Shown here piece after piece: positions 35,065 to 35,584 of a DNA stretch of 35,584 nucleotides. Each line of letters starts with the position of its first letter. The stretch's first letter is position 1. The DNA comes from Acidimicrobiia bacterium (GTDB lineage Bacteria > Actinomycetota > Acidimicrobiia > Acidimicrobiales > SZUA-35), in NCBI GenBank assembly GCA_029861725.1, contig JAOTYQ010000003.1:1-35584 (forward strand), in the 5' to 3' direction. The translations under genes and the position numbers were made by a program. The notes below the pieces were generated by a model. That model saw only the letters and a list, made by a program, of their open reading frames with translations. It was not told the DNA's origin and made no database searches.

Positions 35065-35516
35065 GCCAGGCGGGCCTTGACGAGATCGGCCACCGCCCGG
35101 CCATCGGCCCGTCCAGCCACCTTCGCCGTGATCGCCTTCATCGCCTGGCCCATGTCGGCCATCGTCGACCAGCCACCCTCGACCAGGGCCTCGGTGACCA
35201 GCGCGTCGAGCTCCTCGGCGGTGAGCGCAGCCGGCAGGTAGGCCTCCAGCACCTGCTTCTCGGCTCGCTCATCAGCGGCTCGATCCTCACGCCCGGCTTC
35301 GTCGAACGCCTCGGCCGCCTCGACCCGTCGCTTGACCTGGGCGGCGATGACCTTCTGGACCTCGTCGTCGGACAGGGTCTTCGCCTCCGGTCCGGCCACC
35401 TCAGCCTCCTGGACGGCGGCGATGACCGACCTCAACGAGCGCAGCGTGAGCTGATCCTTGGCCTTCATGGCCGCGGTCATGTCCTGGCGGATCGTGTCGA
35501 TCAACATGATGGCCAT
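35061..35516 (-). CDS. GatB/YqeY domain protein
   Basis: DMTAAMKAKD, QVKRRVEAAEAF..GR, E..VLEAYLP, DMGQAMK, GRADG. Start 35516 or 35507. Confidence 0.93.
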   Translation of the reverse strand: MAIMLIDTIRQDMTAAMKAKDQLTLRSLRSVIAAVQEAEVAGPEAKTLSDDEVQKVIAAQVKRRVEAAEAFDEAGREDRAADERAEKQVLEAYLPAALTAEELDALVTEALVEGGWSTMADMGQAMKAITAKVAGRADGRAVADLVKARLA

Positions 35517-35584
35517 TCCTAGCAGCCTCCGGCCACGGGGAGCGAGCGAGAACCACCCCCCGCCTCCCCTCTGGCGGGCGAGGC

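Overview
High-GC (~70%) bacterial chromosomal segment. Gene content suggests an actinobacterium, possibly Acidimicrobiia (inference). It begins with tRNA-Ala(CGC) and is densely packed with catabolic and redox genes: a choline-sulfatase-like sulfatase, Zn-dependent dehydrogenases, a broken TauD-family remnant, a DM13 protein, a NicX-like dioxygenase/hydrolase/AKR operon, an IclR-MttB(non-Pyl)-GcvT-FAD oxidoreductase methylamine/betaine cluster, acyl-CoA enzymes, a PRTase/HTH operon, an M23 peptidase, a membrane sulfite-oxidase-family molybdoenzyme, ferredoxin plus reductase, NUDIX, an OmpR-type two-component system, a BTAD regulator, pirin, a CoA-transferase and YqeY. The main result is a hidden selenoprotein. 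Two ORF-track fragments (26805-27209 and 27285-27506) are one reading frame encoding an exported thioredoxin-fold lipoprotein. Its active site reads WAPH-UGA-PFC (UxxC), and a perfect 8-bp SECIS-like hairpin follows the UGA. Other signals are a candidate TCS-controlled structured RNA, a REP-like hairpin with a compensatory change, a sharp AT-rich dip inside a coding region, and several operator-like motifs. No integrase, transposase or CRISPR array was seen. Family calls come from motif recognition by eye, not database searches.
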